Positions 1 through 10,267 of a DNA stretch of 64,000 bases are shown here, in pieces. Positions within the stretch are counted from its first letter, which is position 1. Each line of letters opens with the position of its first letter. Source of the DNA: an uncultured Thermoplasmatales archaeon (GTDB lineage Archaea; Thermoplasmatota; E2; DHVEG-1); assembly GCA_964638175.1 (NCBI GenBank), contig CAZWZY010000007.1:2071-66070 (forward strand). The letters run 5' to 3'. The notes under the pieces are model-generated. The model worked only from the letters and a program-made list of their open reading frames with translations, did no database searches and was not told the origin of the DNA. The translations under genes and the position numbers were made by a program.

Positions 1-1
1 T

Positions 2-343
2 CGTGGTTATGCTGGTAAAATAGATCATCTATCAGATATTCTCACAGATGCAATATTGCATGAGGGTTTTTCTGTTGTTGATGTACTGCAGCCAAGTGTT
101 GTTTTTAATGATACATACAAGCTTTATAATGAAATAACAAAGGTTGTTTCAAAACCTGCAGATAGTTTTGAAGGTGCTGTTAAGCTTGTTAAAAAAATGG
201 ATAAGACGCTTCCGATTGGTGTTTTTTATAAGGTCAAAAAACCTGTTTTTCATAAAGAGCTAATGGGTAATTGGAACCCGGTTAAGAATAAACAGGGTAA
301 AAAAGAGCGTTTGAAAATAGTTGAAGAGTTTCTTCAAACCTGA
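2..343 (+). CDS. 2-oxoacid:ferredoxin oxidoreductase beta (TPP-binding) subunit, C-terminal fragment; 5' end lies outside the window
   Basis: The frame is open from base 2. The C-terminal motif EGFSVVDVLQPSVVFND resembles the KorB/PorB C-terminus (GFSFV.VLSPC.TFN). A ferredoxin gene follows immediately. Confidence 0.45.
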   Translation, partial: RGYAGKIDHLSDILTDAILHEGFSVVDVLQPSVVFNDTYKLYNEITKVVSKPADSFEGAVKLVKKMDKTLPIGVFYKVKKPVFHKELMGNWNPVKNKQGKKERLKIVEEFLQT

Positions 344-367
344 AAAAATATGGAGGTATAAAAAGAT

Positions 368-583
368 ATGAAAGTAAGTATAAACCAAGAAGATTGTATT
401 GAATGTGGAGCATGTGAAGATACTTGTTCGAAGGTTTTTGTAGTTGAAAGTGGTGAAAAGGCAAGTATTGTTGAAAAATATCAAACTAAAGGCTCTGATG
501 AGGGTGAGGTTAGTGATGACTTAAGTAGTTGTGTGCAAGACGCAGCTGATGGTTGTCCTGTTGAAGTAATAACCGTGGATTAA
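368..583 (+). CDS. Small single-cluster ferredoxin
   Basis: It has a CIECGACEDTC motif plus a distal CP motif, typical of a mono-cluster [4Fe-4S]/[3Fe-4S] ferredoxin. A GGAGG-like RBS lies upstream. Confidence 0.7.
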   Translation: MKVSINQEDCIECGACEDTCSKVFVVESGEKASIVEKYQTKGSDEGEVSDDLSSCVQDAADGCPVEVITVD

Positions 584-597
584 ATTCTTGTGAGAAC

Positions 598-1035
598 ATG
601 AAATCAACTGAGATTTTGGATTTGATGATAAAAGACCATACTTGCCTTATGGACTATCTTAAGAATGTAGAAAATAACCTTGGCCGTGATTTTGGTTTTT
701 TAAGTAACTCTTTTAATACTTTTCAGTGGAATTTGGAAAAACATTTTTTTATTGAGGAAAAAGCTATATTTATTTCATATAACCTTGATGAGCATGATAA
801 AGAATTTAATTATTTTTCTGATATTATGGACCAGCATACAGAGATTTTAAAGAAAATTGAATCTTTGAGAAAAAAGTTACAGGAAAGAGAGCCTTTTGAT
901 TTAAATGAATTAAAAAAGCTACTGGTGAAACATAAAACGTTTGAGGAGAAAAATGTTTATCCAGTTTTAGATCAAGAAATTGATGATTGCACTAAACGTG
1001 TTATTATTGATCGTATAAAAGAAATTAGATTATAA
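598..1035 (+). CDS. Hemerythrin-like (HHE cation-binding domain) protein
   Basis: It is a helical protein with H/E-containing motifs (KDH, EKHFF.EE, QHTEIL, HKTFEEKNVYPVL). It is a tandem paralog of 1053..1493. Confidence 0.5.
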   Translation: MKSTEILDLMIKDHTCLMDYLKNVENNLGRDFGFLSNSFNTFQWNLEKHFFIEEKAIFISYNLDEHDKEFNYFSDIMDQHTEILKKIESLRKKLQEREPFDLNELKKLLVKHKTFEEKNVYPVLDQEIDDCTKRVIIDRIKEIRL

Positions 1036-1052
1036 AAAAATGGAGTTGAAAG

Positions 1053-1493
1053 TTGATGAAATCAAATGAATTATTGAATGTGATGGTTAAAGACCATAAC
1101 CGTCTTATGAACTATCTTAAAGAGGTTAAAAATAATCTTAAAATTGATTTTGAAGTATTATTAAAGTCTTTTAACACCTTTGAATGGAATTTGGAGAAGC
1201 ATTTTTTTGTTGAGGAGCGTGCGGTATTTACATCTTATAACCCAGATTATATAGATGACGGGCATCAATTATTTACAAATCTTTCTAAACAACATACTAG
1301 TATATTAGAAAAAGTTGAATCATTGAGAAAAAGATTGCGGAGTGGAAAATCTATCGATGTTTCTGATTTGGAAACTATGCTTTTAAAACATAAAACATAC
1401 GAGGAGAAAAATGTGTATCCTGTGCTAGATGTTGAAATTAGCGAGGGCGAAAAACGTTTTATGATTGAGCGGATAAAAGATGTTAAGTTATAA
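1053..1493 (+). CDS. Hemerythrin-like (HHE domain) protein, paralog
   Basis: It shares about 55% identity with 598..1035, and the motif positions are conserved. Confidence 0.5.
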   Translation: MMKSNELLNVMVKDHNRLMNYLKEVKNNLKIDFEVLLKSFNTFEWNLEKHFFVEERAVFTSYNPDYIDDGHQLFTNLSKQHTSILEKVESLRKRLRSGKSIDVSDLETMLLKHKTYEEKNVYPVLDVEISEGEKRFMIERIKDVKL

Positions 1494-2120
1494 GTGAGGG
1501 AAAAAATGAATAAAACTAAAGTAGGATTTTTAAATTTTTTAATATTATTTTTTGTTTTTTTAGGTATATTTACAGCAGTTAATGTATCTGCCCATCAAGC
1601 ATCTGATATGAATCTAAGTTTTAACATTAATAGTCAAGAACTCAATGTATCAATTACTCATGGTGTATCTGATCCTCAGGCTCATTATATTTATGTTGTA
1701 ACTATAAGTAAGAATAATGAGATTTATGCATCTTATGATTATACTAGTCAACCTACAAGTTCTAGTTTTACCTATACATATGTTGTAAATGCTACTATTG
1801 GTGATGAAATTGAAGTGTTTGCAGATTGTAATTATGGTGGTTCATTAACAAAACAGATAACGGTAACATCAGGTGTTTCCTCAACGGATGATTCTTCTAA
1901 TCTAATCCATGATATTACTTATTATCCTATATTAGGTATACCCTTTATTGTTTACCTGGGAATTTTTACTTTGTTTATGTTTATATTAACTGCAGCATTA
2001 CCTTTGTTGAATAAATGGGGTAAGACCAAAATAAATGTTAAATGGCATATTCGTCTAGCATATATAGCAATTTTATTAGGTATAATTCATGGAATTCTTG
2101 GTTTCTTATTATATGTATAA
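1494..2120 (+). CDS. Secreted/membrane-anchored hypothetical protein
   Basis: There is an N-terminal signal/TM segment, a Thr/Ser-rich middle, and two C-terminal TM helices. Confidence 0.4.
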   Translation: MREKMNKTKVGFLNFLILFFVFLGIFTAVNVSAHQASDMNLSFNINSQELNVSITHGVSDPQAHYIYVVTISKNNEIYASYDYTSQPTSSSFTYTYVVNATIGDEIEVFADCNYGGSLTKQITVTSGVSSTDDSSNLIHDITYYPILGIPFIVYLGIFTLFMFILTAALPLLNKWGKTKINVKWHIRLAYIAILLGIIHGILGFLLYV

Positions 2121-2142
2121 TAAAAAACTTAAGGATGATAAA

Positions 2143-2466
2143 ATGAAAACATCAGAAGTTTTATGTTTATCAGAACTCGCTGATTATCAAACAAATTCAA
2201 TTGTTAGCAGGATGATTATTGACAAAAAAGCTGGATCAGTTACTTTTTTTGCTTTTGATAAAGGACAAAGTCTTAGTGAGCATACTGCTCCTTTTGATGC
2301 TTTAATTTATATTTTAGATGGAGCGGCTGAGGTTGTAATTTCTAGTAAAAAATATGTATTAAAGCAAGGGGATACGATTATTATGCCTGCAAATAAACCT
2401 CATGCTGTTAAAGCAAATGAAAGGTTTAAAATGTTATTGATAATGGTTCGTGTTACTTATGAATGA
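2143..2466 (+). CDS. Cupin-fold protein
   Basis: It has cupin-2-like conserved motifs (G.S..EH.....ALIYILDG; GDTIIMPANKPHAV). I chose the internal ATG at 2143, preceded by AAGGATGA. The ORF-track start at 2089 overlaps the upstream gene. Confidence 0.55.
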   Translation: MKTSEVLCLSELADYQTNSIVSRMIIDKKAGSVTFFAFDKGQSLSEHTAPFDALIYILDGAAEVVISSKKYVLKQGDTIIMPANKPHAVKANERFKMLLIMVRVTYE

Positions 2467-3208
2467 TTGTGATAAAAATTGCCAAAAATAACTATTCTCA
2501 AAAAATAAATTCACTCAAAATATTTTAATTCAACAGATAGCTGTGTACAAACAAAAAATATACGTTCTAAAATACAGTGTCCGCCCTGTGAAATAGACCT
2601 ATCCTGCCAGGCCCGTCTCGAACTGCAAGTTTTAACTTTAAAATCCTACCATATATCCAAATATTGAGAATTGCTATTCCATCGTCAATTCATTTGTATT
2701 AAAATCAGGAGCAAGGAATAATACACACAACTATTATGACGAAGTAATACCAGTAGTGGAGAATGGAATAGGATTAATACATCTCTAACTTAATTTTAAA
2801 AAATTTAGTGATAGTTTAGATATTTTAAAACTATTTTTAAGTCAAACTTAACAACTTATTAAAAAATAAAGAAGTGAAAAAGGTGATGAAATGTTATTTG
2901 AAAGGGAAAATAAAATAAGAACAAAATACCTGACAGAAGATGAAAAAAATCTTTTGCAGTTATTAAAAAAACCTCTAACAAATTAAAAAACAGGTTTTAA
3001 ATTATATTAGATTTATTTTCTAATCAATTTTGAGTTATCCTTATATAAAGAAGACTTAATGAAATATCTATAATAAATTTGATTTGGGGGCCGAAAAACT
3101 ATAGGTTTTCAGAGCCAAATCGGAATCCTAGATTCCAGGATGAAGAGAAATGATAACCGGTGCCTCTTCCCATCCCCCCATATATCTAAAAAATAAAGGA
3201 AGCTACTT

Positions 3209-3748
3209 ATGAAACCTATAGGACTTTTAATGAGGGAACATAGAATAATAGAAAGACTAATCAAACTTATTAATGAAGAAATAAACAACATTAAAAAAAC
3301 AAACAAAGTCAATTCTGGTTTTATTCAAATAAGTGTTGATTTTTTTAGAACATATGCTGATAGAACACACCATGGGAAAGAAGAAGGCATACTTTTTAGA
3401 GATTTAGAAAAGAAAAAGATCTCAAGTGATCTGAAAAGCACTATTATCAAACTAACACAAGATCATCAATATGCAAGAAAAATAGTAACAGATCTTTCAA
3501 ATCAAAACAATAAATACATCCAAGGAAAAACCAGTTCAATAAAAGAAATAACAACAAATCTAGAAAAACTGGTAACACTGTATCCAGTTCATATTGAAAC
3601 AGAAGACAAAGAATTCTTCTATCCAAGTATGGATTATTTTACAGAAAAAGAACAACAAAAAATGCTACAGGAATTCTATGATTTTGACAAAAAAATGATA
3701 CATGAAAAATATTTACAAATTGTAGAACAACAAGAAAACCAGGTGTGA
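3209..3748 (+). CDS. Hemerythrin HHE cation-binding domain protein
   Basis: It has the LMREHRIIE, HHGKEE, QDHQYAR and HIETEDKEFF motifs, which give the classic H-HxxxE ligand spacing. Confidence 0.7.
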   Translation: MKPIGLLMREHRIIERLIKLINEEINNIKKTNKVNSGFIQISVDFFRTYADRTHHGKEEGILFRDLEKKKISSDLKSTIIKLTQDHQYARKIVTDLSNQNNKYIQGKTSSIKEITTNLEKLVTLYPVHIETEDKEFFYPSMDYFTEKEQQKMLQEFYDFDKKMIHEKYLQIVEQQENQV

Positions 3749-4635
3749 TTTCTATTAAGAAACATGCAATGTTTTATAAACAAGAAAATAACAAAAAAGT
3801 ACAATGCTATCTATGCCCACATAGGTGTAAAATAGCAAAATCAAAATTTGGAATATGTGGTGTTAGACAAAACATAAATGGAAAACTATACACTCATGTT
3901 TATGGAAAAGTAATTGCATCTCACGTAGATCCTATTGAAAAAAAACCATTATTTCATTTTTTACCAGGAACCAAATCTTATTCTATAGCAACACCAGGAT
4001 GTAACTTTAAATGCAGCTTTTGTCAGAACTGGCAGATATCACAATATAGATCTAACCAGGGCTTTCAATATGAAGGACTAGAAATGACACCCAAAGAAAT
4101 CGTAAATGCTGCAAAACAAAACAACTGCCAAAGCATAGCTTATACTTATACCGAGCCAACTATCTTTTTTGAATATGCATATGATACAGCAAAACTTGCA
4201 AAAAAACAAAACCTTAACAATATATTTGTAACAAATGGATACATAACCAAAGAAGCAATAGAAACCATTGCACCGTATTTAGACGCTACAAATATTGATC
4301 TAAAAAGTTACAGAGATGATTTTTATAAAAAAATATGTAAAGCAAAACTTCAACCTGTTTTAAATGCTATTAAAACCATGCATGAAAAAAAGATATGGAT
4401 AGAAATAACCACATTAGTTGTTCCAGATCAAAATGATTCAAAACAAGAACTAAATGATATTACTAAATTTATAGCAGAAATCGACAAAAATATCCCTTGG
4501 CATATCACTCGTTTTCATCCTGATTACAAATTCACAGATATAGAACCAACACCTATTGAAACACTAAAAATAGCAAAAGAAATAGGTAAAAAACATGGGT
4601 TAAAACATGTTCATCTGGGAAATGTCTTGTTATAA
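3745..4635 (+). CDS. AmmeMemoRadiSam-system-type radical SAM enzyme (PFL-activase-like)
   Basis: It has a CYLCPHRC...C N-terminal Cys motif, then GCNFKCSFCQNW (Cx3Cx2C), with an overall PflA-like layout. It overlaps the upstream stop by 4 nt (ATGA). Confidence 0.6.
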   Translation: MISIKKHAMFYKQENNKKVQCYLCPHRCKIAKSKFGICGVRQNINGKLYTHVYGKVIASHVDPIEKKPLFHFLPGTKSYSIATPGCNFKCSFCQNWQISQYRSNQGFQYEGLEMTPKEIVNAAKQNNCQSIAYTYTEPTIFFEYAYDTAKLAKKQNLNNIFVTNGYITKEAIETIAPYLDATNIDLKSYRDDFYKKICKAKLQPVLNAIKTMHEKKIWIEITTLVVPDQNDSKQELNDITKFIAEIDKNIPWHITRFHPDYKFTDIEPTPIETLKIAKEIGKKHGLKHVHLGNVLL

Positions 4636-4653
4636 TAATTTGAAGGAAATATA

Positions 4654-6633
4654 ATGAATAATGAACATAATCACAACCAACATGAAGAGCATCATGATCA
4701 TCATAAGATGATGATGAAAGATTTCAAAAAAAGATTCATAGTCTCAATAATTTTAACAATTCCAATACTTGTTTTATCACCGCTAATTCAACAATTCCTA
4801 GGAATAGAAATCACATTCAAAGGCGGCAACTATATTTTATTCATATTATCATCTTACATATTTTTCTATGGTGGATGGCCATTTTTAAAAGGACTATACG
4901 ATGAACTCAAAGAAAAATCACCAGGTATGATGACACTTATTGCTGTAGCAATATCAGTTGCATATTTCTACAGCTCAGCAGTAGTATTTGGACTAGAAGG
5001 TAAATTCTTTTTCTGGGAACTTGCAACACTAATTGATGTAATGCTACTAGGTCACTGGATAGAAATGAAATCAGTAATAGGTGCATCAAACGCACTAGAA
5101 AAACTAGCAGAACTAATGCCAAATATTGCACATCGAAAAAAAGATGGAAAAACAGAAGGCGTCAAACTCAGTGAAATAAAAAAAGGCGATACTCTTTTAA
5201 TTAAACCTGGAGAAAAAATACCATCAGATGGAATTATTATAAAAGGAAAAAGCTACATCAATGAATCAATGCTTACCGGTGAATCAAAACCAGTACAGAA
5301 AAAGAAAGGAGATAAAGTAATAGGCGGATCAATAAATGGCGACGGATCCATTGAAATCAAAGTAGAAAAAACCGGAGAAGACTCCTATCTTTCAAAAGTT
5401 ATAAATCTAGTAAGTCAAGCACAAAAATCTAAATCAAAAACACAACACCTTGCAGACAAAGCAGCTTTTTATCTTACAATAATTGCATTAAGTGTTGGTA
5501 CAATCACATTGCTCTCTTGGATTTTATATGGTGAAAGCTTTGTTTTTTCAATAGAAAGAATGGCAACAGTTATGGTAATAACATGTCCTCATGCACTCGG
5601 TCTTGCAATACCACTAGTTGTTGCAATATCAACATCTCTTTCTGCAAAAAACGGTCTTCTAATTCGTAACAGAACACCTTTTGAAAACTCAAGAAAGATA
5701 ACAACCGTTGTTTTTGACAAAACAGGAACCTTAACTAAGGGAACATTTGGTGTATCAGAAATAAAAAGTGCAAACAAAAAATATGATAAGAAAAAAATAA
5801 TACAAATAGCAGCCTCACTAGAACAAAACTCAGAACATCCCATAGCAAAAGGTATACTAGAAAAAGCAAAAAACATGAAAGTAAAAATTTTAAAAGTAGG
5901 AGATTTTGAAAACATAAAAGGGGAAGGCGTAAAAGGAAAAGTTCAGAAAAAAAATATAAAAATAGTTGGTCCTAACTATTTAAGAAATAAAAAAATAAAA
6001 ATTCCAAAGAATCTAAAATCCTATGAAACAGAAGATACAATAGTGTTTTTATTAATCAACAATAAACCTATTGGATTAATTACACTTTCTGATGAAATAA
6101 GAAAAGAATCATATAAAGCAATAAAACAACTAAAAAAAGAAAACATCAAATGCTGGATGCTCACCGGTGACAACAAAGGAATTGCCAAAAAAGTATCAGA
6201 TAAACTCAAACTAGATGGATATTTTGCTGAAGTGTTACCAGATGAAAAACAAGAAAAAATAAAAGAACTACAAAACAAAGGTGAGTTTGTAGCAATGACA
6301 GGTGATGGAGTCAACGATGCACCAGCACTCGCCCAAGCAGATGTAGGAATCGCGATAGGATCAGGAACTGATGTCGCAGCTGAAACAGCAGATATAGTAC
6401 TAGTAAATAGCAATCCAGAGGATGTTACACAACTTATAAAATTTGGAAAAGCAACCCATAAAAAAATGAAACAAAACCTTTTCTGGGCAACAGGATACAA
6501 CGTAATTGCAATACCACTTGCAGCTGGAATATTGTATAATCAAGGAATACTTATTTCCCCCGCAGTAGGTGCAGCGTTAATGTCAGCAAGTACAGTAATT
6601 GTTGCAATTAATGCAAAATTATTACATATCTAA
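4654..6633 (+). CDS. copB: Heavy-metal P1B-type ATPase, CopB-like (His-rich N-terminus, CPH motif)
   Basis: It has a His-rich N-terminus (NEHNHNQHEEHHDHH), the TGES, CPHALGLAIP, DKTGTLT and GDGVNDAPAL motifs, and 8 TM helices. Confidence 0.85.
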   Translation: MNNEHNHNQHEEHHDHHKMMMKDFKKRFIVSIILTIPILVLSPLIQQFLGIEITFKGGNYILFILSSYIFFYGGWPFLKGLYDELKEKSPGMMTLIAVAISVAYFYSSAVVFGLEGKFFFWELATLIDVMLLGHWIEMKSVIGASNALEKLAELMPNIAHRKKDGKTEGVKLSEIKKGDTLLIKPGEKIPSDGIIIKGKSYINESMLTGESKPVQKKKGDKVIGGSINGDGSIEIKVEKTGEDSYLSKVINLVSQAQKSKSKTQHLADKAAFYLTIIALSVGTITLLSWILYGESFVFSIERMATVMVITCPHALGLAIPLVVAISTSLSAKNGLLIRNRTPFENSRKITTVVFDKTGTLTKGTFGVSEIKSANKKYDKKKIIQIAASLEQNSEHPIAKGILEKAKNMKVKILKVGDFENIKGEGVKGKVQKKNIKIVGPNYLRNKKIKIPKNLKSYETEDTIVFLLINNKPIGLITLSDEIRKESYKAIKQLKKENIKCWMLTGDNKGIAKKVSDKLKLDGYFAEVLPDEKQEKIKELQNKGEFVAMTGDGVNDAPALAQADVGIAIGSGTDVAAETADIVLVNSNPEDVTQLIKFGKATHKKMKQNLFWATGYNVIAIPLAAGILYNQGILISPAVGAALMSASTVIVAINAKLLHI

Positions 6634-6707
6634 ATTAAACTAATTTTAAGCTATATTCCAACTGTTATTAAGTTATAATTATAACTAAAAAAGATATTTT
6701 ATAAAAT

Positions 6708-6854
6708 ATGATTTCAATAGACCGTGAAGTATTAGCAATTTTAGCAATAATATTTGGTATTTTAATAATTGCAATTCCCGAAATCATCGGCTACCTAATT
6801 GGAGGATATCTGGTGATATTTGGAATTTTAACATTATTGGGAAAAAGAAGTTAA
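6708..6854 (+). CDS. Small two-TM membrane protein (DUF3096-like), 48 aa
   Basis: It is an unlisted short ORF, MISIDREVLAILAIIFGILIIAIPEIIGYLIGGYLVIFGILTLLGKRS, which is hydrophobic. Confidence 0.3.
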   Translation: MISIDREVLAILAIIFGILIIAIPEIIGYLIGGYLVIFGILTLLGKRS

Positions 6855-6869
6855 TGGAGATAAAACAAA

Positions 6870-7094
6870 ATGCCTTATGATAAAATAAGTGAACTACCAG
6901 ATAAAGTAAGAGATAATCTTCCAGAAAAAGCACAAGAAATTTTTAAAGAAGCTTATAACAGTGCATGGGATCAATATTCAGATCCTAAAAAAAGAAGAGG
7001 TAATGCTTCACAGGAAGAAGCAGCAAATCGTGTAGCATGGTCTGCTGTGAAAAACAAATATGAAAAGAAAAATGGTCAATGGGTAAAAAAATAA
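6870..7094 (+). CDS. ChaB-family protein
   Basis: It has the MPYxxxxELPxxVRxNLPxxAQEIF..AYNSAW..Y motif, which is the ChaB signature. A paralog lies at 11146..11388. Confidence 0.7.
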   Translation: MPYDKISELPDKVRDNLPEKAQEIFKEAYNSAWDQYSDPKKRRGNASQEEAANRVAWSAVKNKYEKKNGQWVKK

Positions 7095-7320
7095 ATTTGA
7101 TGTGATTATATGATTTTAGGATTAATCGAGATTTTTGGAGTAATCCTCTTTCTGGTTATTATCCTTGCTGCAATCATTGCATGGTATTTATTGAAATTTG
7201 CAATTTGGATACTTTTAATAATTATACTCGTAGCAATTATTCTAGCAGGTCTGGATTTTGTATTTGGATTTATTAGCAATTTATTATAATGATGAACAAG
7301 AATAATTCATATGTTATTTT

Positions 7321-8598
7321 TTAATTATAGTTTTTAGTAAATTTTTTTAAGAAAAAATGAACAACCAATCCTATTAATATTAGTAAAATTCCTAATAACA
7401 AAACACCAATTGATAGATTACCAATCATAAAAACTGAAGTAATAATACCAAAAACAGGTAAAACAGGTATCTTTCCAATGCTAAAAGGAACCTTAAAGCC
7501 CTCCTTTACAGGTTTTTTAACTCTATAAAATATTAGAGTTGCATTAACAGCAATAAAAACAGCAAACACAGTAAAATTAGTAAGATTTGCAATAGATTTC
7601 AAATCGCCAATAAATAAGAAAAAAACAGCTGCTAAAACAACGCCAATTACAGCAATCCAAGGCGCACGAGTTTTTTTCGAAACCTTAGAAAAAAGTTTTG
7701 GTAATACTTTTTCTTTAGATATACCATAAACCAGACGAGAACCAGAAAGAAGCATCATAAGAGCAGTGTTAAAAGTAGAAAACAAAGCAATACCTGAAAG
7801 GAGAATAAAGCTATTCTGACCAAAAGAAGTCTCAGCAATACGAGCCAGAGGAGCACCCTCTTGAGCAAGATCCTGAGCAGGAATTACACTTACTGCAGCA
7901 ATAGCAACAAGTATGTAGATAATAGTTGTAACAATGATTGAGATAATAATTGCCTTTGGAATATTTTTTTCAGGTTTTTTAGTTTCTTCAGCAAGACGAG
8001 TAATACTTTGAAAACCTATATAGCTAAAAAAAATCAAAACTCCACCTTCAATAATACCTTTTATTCCATTTGTTAATTGAAGATAATCAACATCTCCAAA
8101 TTTTTGCAGACCAATAAAAATTATGATGAAAAGACCAACAGCTTCAATTAATGTAAATAAAATTGTAATAGATGCTGTTTCTTTTATACCAAGTGCTAAA
8201 ATTATTCCACAAATCAACAAAACAACTATTGCAATAGGGACAACGGGCGTATGAAACAAAGCAGAAAAATAATTAGAAAAACCAAGTGCAACAGTTGCAC
8301 CACCAATAATATTACCCGCAATTAATAACCATCCAACAATCCATGCTGGAGTTTTTCCAAAGGAATTTTGAACATAAACATACTCAGCTCCGGCATGCGA
8401 AAAACGAGAAGAAAGCTCAGCATAACTAAGTCCTGTGAAAGTTGCAACAACTGCACCTATTATAAAAGCCACCCATAGGCTATTACCAGTAATCCCTGCT
8501 GCTTCACCAATTACAACGTAAATTCCAGCACCGATTATGATACCGATGCTCATCATTGTTACTTCAAATAAACCTAGTGAACGTTCTAGCTTGACCAT
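7321..8598 (-). CDS. APC-superfamily amino-acid permease
   Basis: It has 12 predicted TM helices. The N-terminal motif is LGLFEVTMMSIGIIIGAGIYVV. Confidence 0.75.
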   Translation of the reverse strand: MVKLERSLGLFEVTMMSIGIIIGAGIYVVIGEAAGITGNSLWVAFIIGAVVATFTGLSYAELSSRFSHAGAEYVYVQNSFGKTPAWIVGWLLIAGNIIGGATVALGFSNYFSALFHTPVVPIAIVVLLICGIILALGIKETASITILFTLIEAVGLFIIIFIGLQKFGDVDYLQLTNGIKGIIEGGVLIFFSYIGFQSITRLAEETKKPEKNIPKAIIISIIVTTIIYILVAIAAVSVIPAQDLAQEGAPLARIAETSFGQNSFILLSGIALFSTFNTALMMLLSGSRLVYGISKEKVLPKLFSKVSKKTRAPWIAVIGVVLAAVFFLFIGDLKSIANLTNFTVFAVFIAVNATLIFYRVKKPVKEGFKVPFSIGKIPVLPVFGIITSVFMIGNLSIGVLLLGILLILIGLVVHFFLKKFTKNYN

Positions 8599-8809
8599 TG
8601 TAAATCAATTAGAAATTTATTTTTCGGTAATAAAGTTATAGTAAAAATAGGGTACTTGGAAATTAATTGTTGATTTAAAGTTTTCTCTACTTAAATTTTG
8701 ATTTCAAATCAAGACCATCTTAAAGATTATCAACAATTAACTTCGCAGTACCAAAAATAGCAACTATTTTAAATTTAATTTTTTATATCTCGCCTTGTTT
8801 ATTCTTCTT

Positions 8810-9154
8810 TTAAAAGTCGTCTTCAAAAGCTTTCTGAGATTCTTCAATGTCTTCCCCTATTTCTTTTTGTTCTTCTTTTCTTTCAAAGGTCTTGATTTTT
8901 CTATAGCTATACCCTACTAACCTTAAAATTCCTACAGCAATAAAAAAACCAAACAGATACCAATTTGTAATACTAACAGAACATCCACTATTATTGCAAG
9001 AGATATGAATGTAAAACTGTGACAATATTAATACAAGTGCTAAGTAGACCATAAAAAAAAGTAATAATTTTAATTCAGGAGTATAAGATTTTTTCTTATG
9101 TTTTGCTTCTCCTTTGTCGTCGATTTCATTCATACTAGATTGTATTATTATCAA
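8810..9154 (-). CDS. Hypothetical membrane protein
   Basis: It has two TM helices and a charged C-terminal tail. Confidence 0.3.
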   Translation of the reverse strand: MIIIQSSMNEIDDKGEAKHKKKSYTPELKLLLFFMVYLALVLILSQFYIHISCNNSGCSVSITNWYLFGFFIAVGILRLVGYSYRKIKTFERKEEQKEIGEDIEESQKAFEDDF

Positions 9155-9265
9155 AGATATTAGCTTTTCTTAGATTACTATTATTAGTATTTCTTGATTT
9201 GATCAATATTTATTGTTTGCTTTTCAAAAGTTAGATTAATAGAATCTTTCATACACTATTTTAGA

Positions 9266-10264
9266 ATGGCTCTAAGATTGTTAGAAGTTTATCATCCTGA
9301 TGATAAAAAAAAGGATATTAAAAAATTACTAAAAGATATAGATATCATTGATCTGAAACAGGAGAAGAAATCTAATAAAGAGTTACTTAGTAGGATATTG
9401 ATTTCAGCAGATAAAACAGATGCTGTACTTGAAATTTTAGAAAAAAAGTTTTCTGATTCAGATAAATTTAGAGTGATCATTATTCCTGCTGAAGCAGTTC
9501 TTCCTCGTCCTGAGATTGAAGAAAAAAAGGAAAAGAAAAAAGATGAAAATAATAAAGAACGAATAAGTATCGAAGAAATCTATGATGATGTAAGTGGCGA
9601 TGTATCTTCTTTTTCAAAAACATATTTTGCATTGATTATTCTTGCATCTATTGTCGCATCAATTGGTATTTTATACAATAATGTAGCTGTAGTGATAGGA
9701 TCTATGGTAATTGCGCCTCTGCTTCATCCTAGTATGGCACTATCACTAGGATTTACTCTTGCAGATTCAAAACTCATCAAAAAAGCAGCTATTATTAGTT
9801 TTCTCGGTTTTTTTATCGCTTTTATCATCGGACTTATTTTTGGATTATTATTTGAAGTTGATCCGAGTAGTCCAGAAATTCTTTCTAGAACTGAGATAAA
9901 TCTAATGTTTGTAATCTTAGCATTCTCAAGTGGTGTCGCAGGTTCTTTATCTGTAACCAAAGGTGTTTCTGAGGCACTTGTTGGTGTAATGACTGCTGTA
10001 GCTCTTTTACCACCTATTGTTATAAGTGGTCTTCTTATAGGTTCGCAATATTTTTATTGTTCAATCGGAGCAGGTCTTTTATTTTTAGTTAATCTTGTTT
10101 GTATTAATTTAGCAGGCGTCTTAACATTCTTTGTTCAGGGAATTAATCCTAAGAGTTGGTGGGAAAAGAAAAAAGCAAAAAACATGGTTTGGAAAGCAAT
10201 AATCTTATGGGTTGTATTATTAGTTGTGCTTATTATTATGATTGTATTATACCAATATTTTTAG
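9266..10264 (+). CDS. DUF389-like integral membrane protein with N-terminal soluble domain
   Basis: A soluble N-terminal domain is followed by a Lys/Glu-rich linker and then multiple TM helices (LASIVASIGILYNNVAVVIGSMVIAPLLHP). Confidence 0.45.
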   Translation: MALRLLEVYHPDDKKKDIKKLLKDIDIIDLKQEKKSNKELLSRILISADKTDAVLEILEKKFSDSDKFRVIIIPAEAVLPRPEIEEKKEKKKDENNKERISIEEIYDDVSGDVSSFSKTYFALIILASIVASIGILYNNVAVVIGSMVIAPLLHPSMALSLGFTLADSKLIKKAAIISFLGFFIAFIIGLIFGLLFEVDPSSPEILSRTEINLMFVILAFSSGVAGSLSVTKGVSEALVGVMTAVALLPPIVISGLLIGSQYFYCSIGAGLLFLVNLVCINLAGVLTFFVQGINPKSWWEKKKAKNMVWKAIILWVVLLVVLIIMIVLYQYF

Positions 10265-10267
10265 TTT

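Noticed and set aside
4937-6500. Minus-strand ORFs (64, 108 and 159 aa) inside copB
   Set aside because: They are antisense to the P-type ATPase and have no independent signals.
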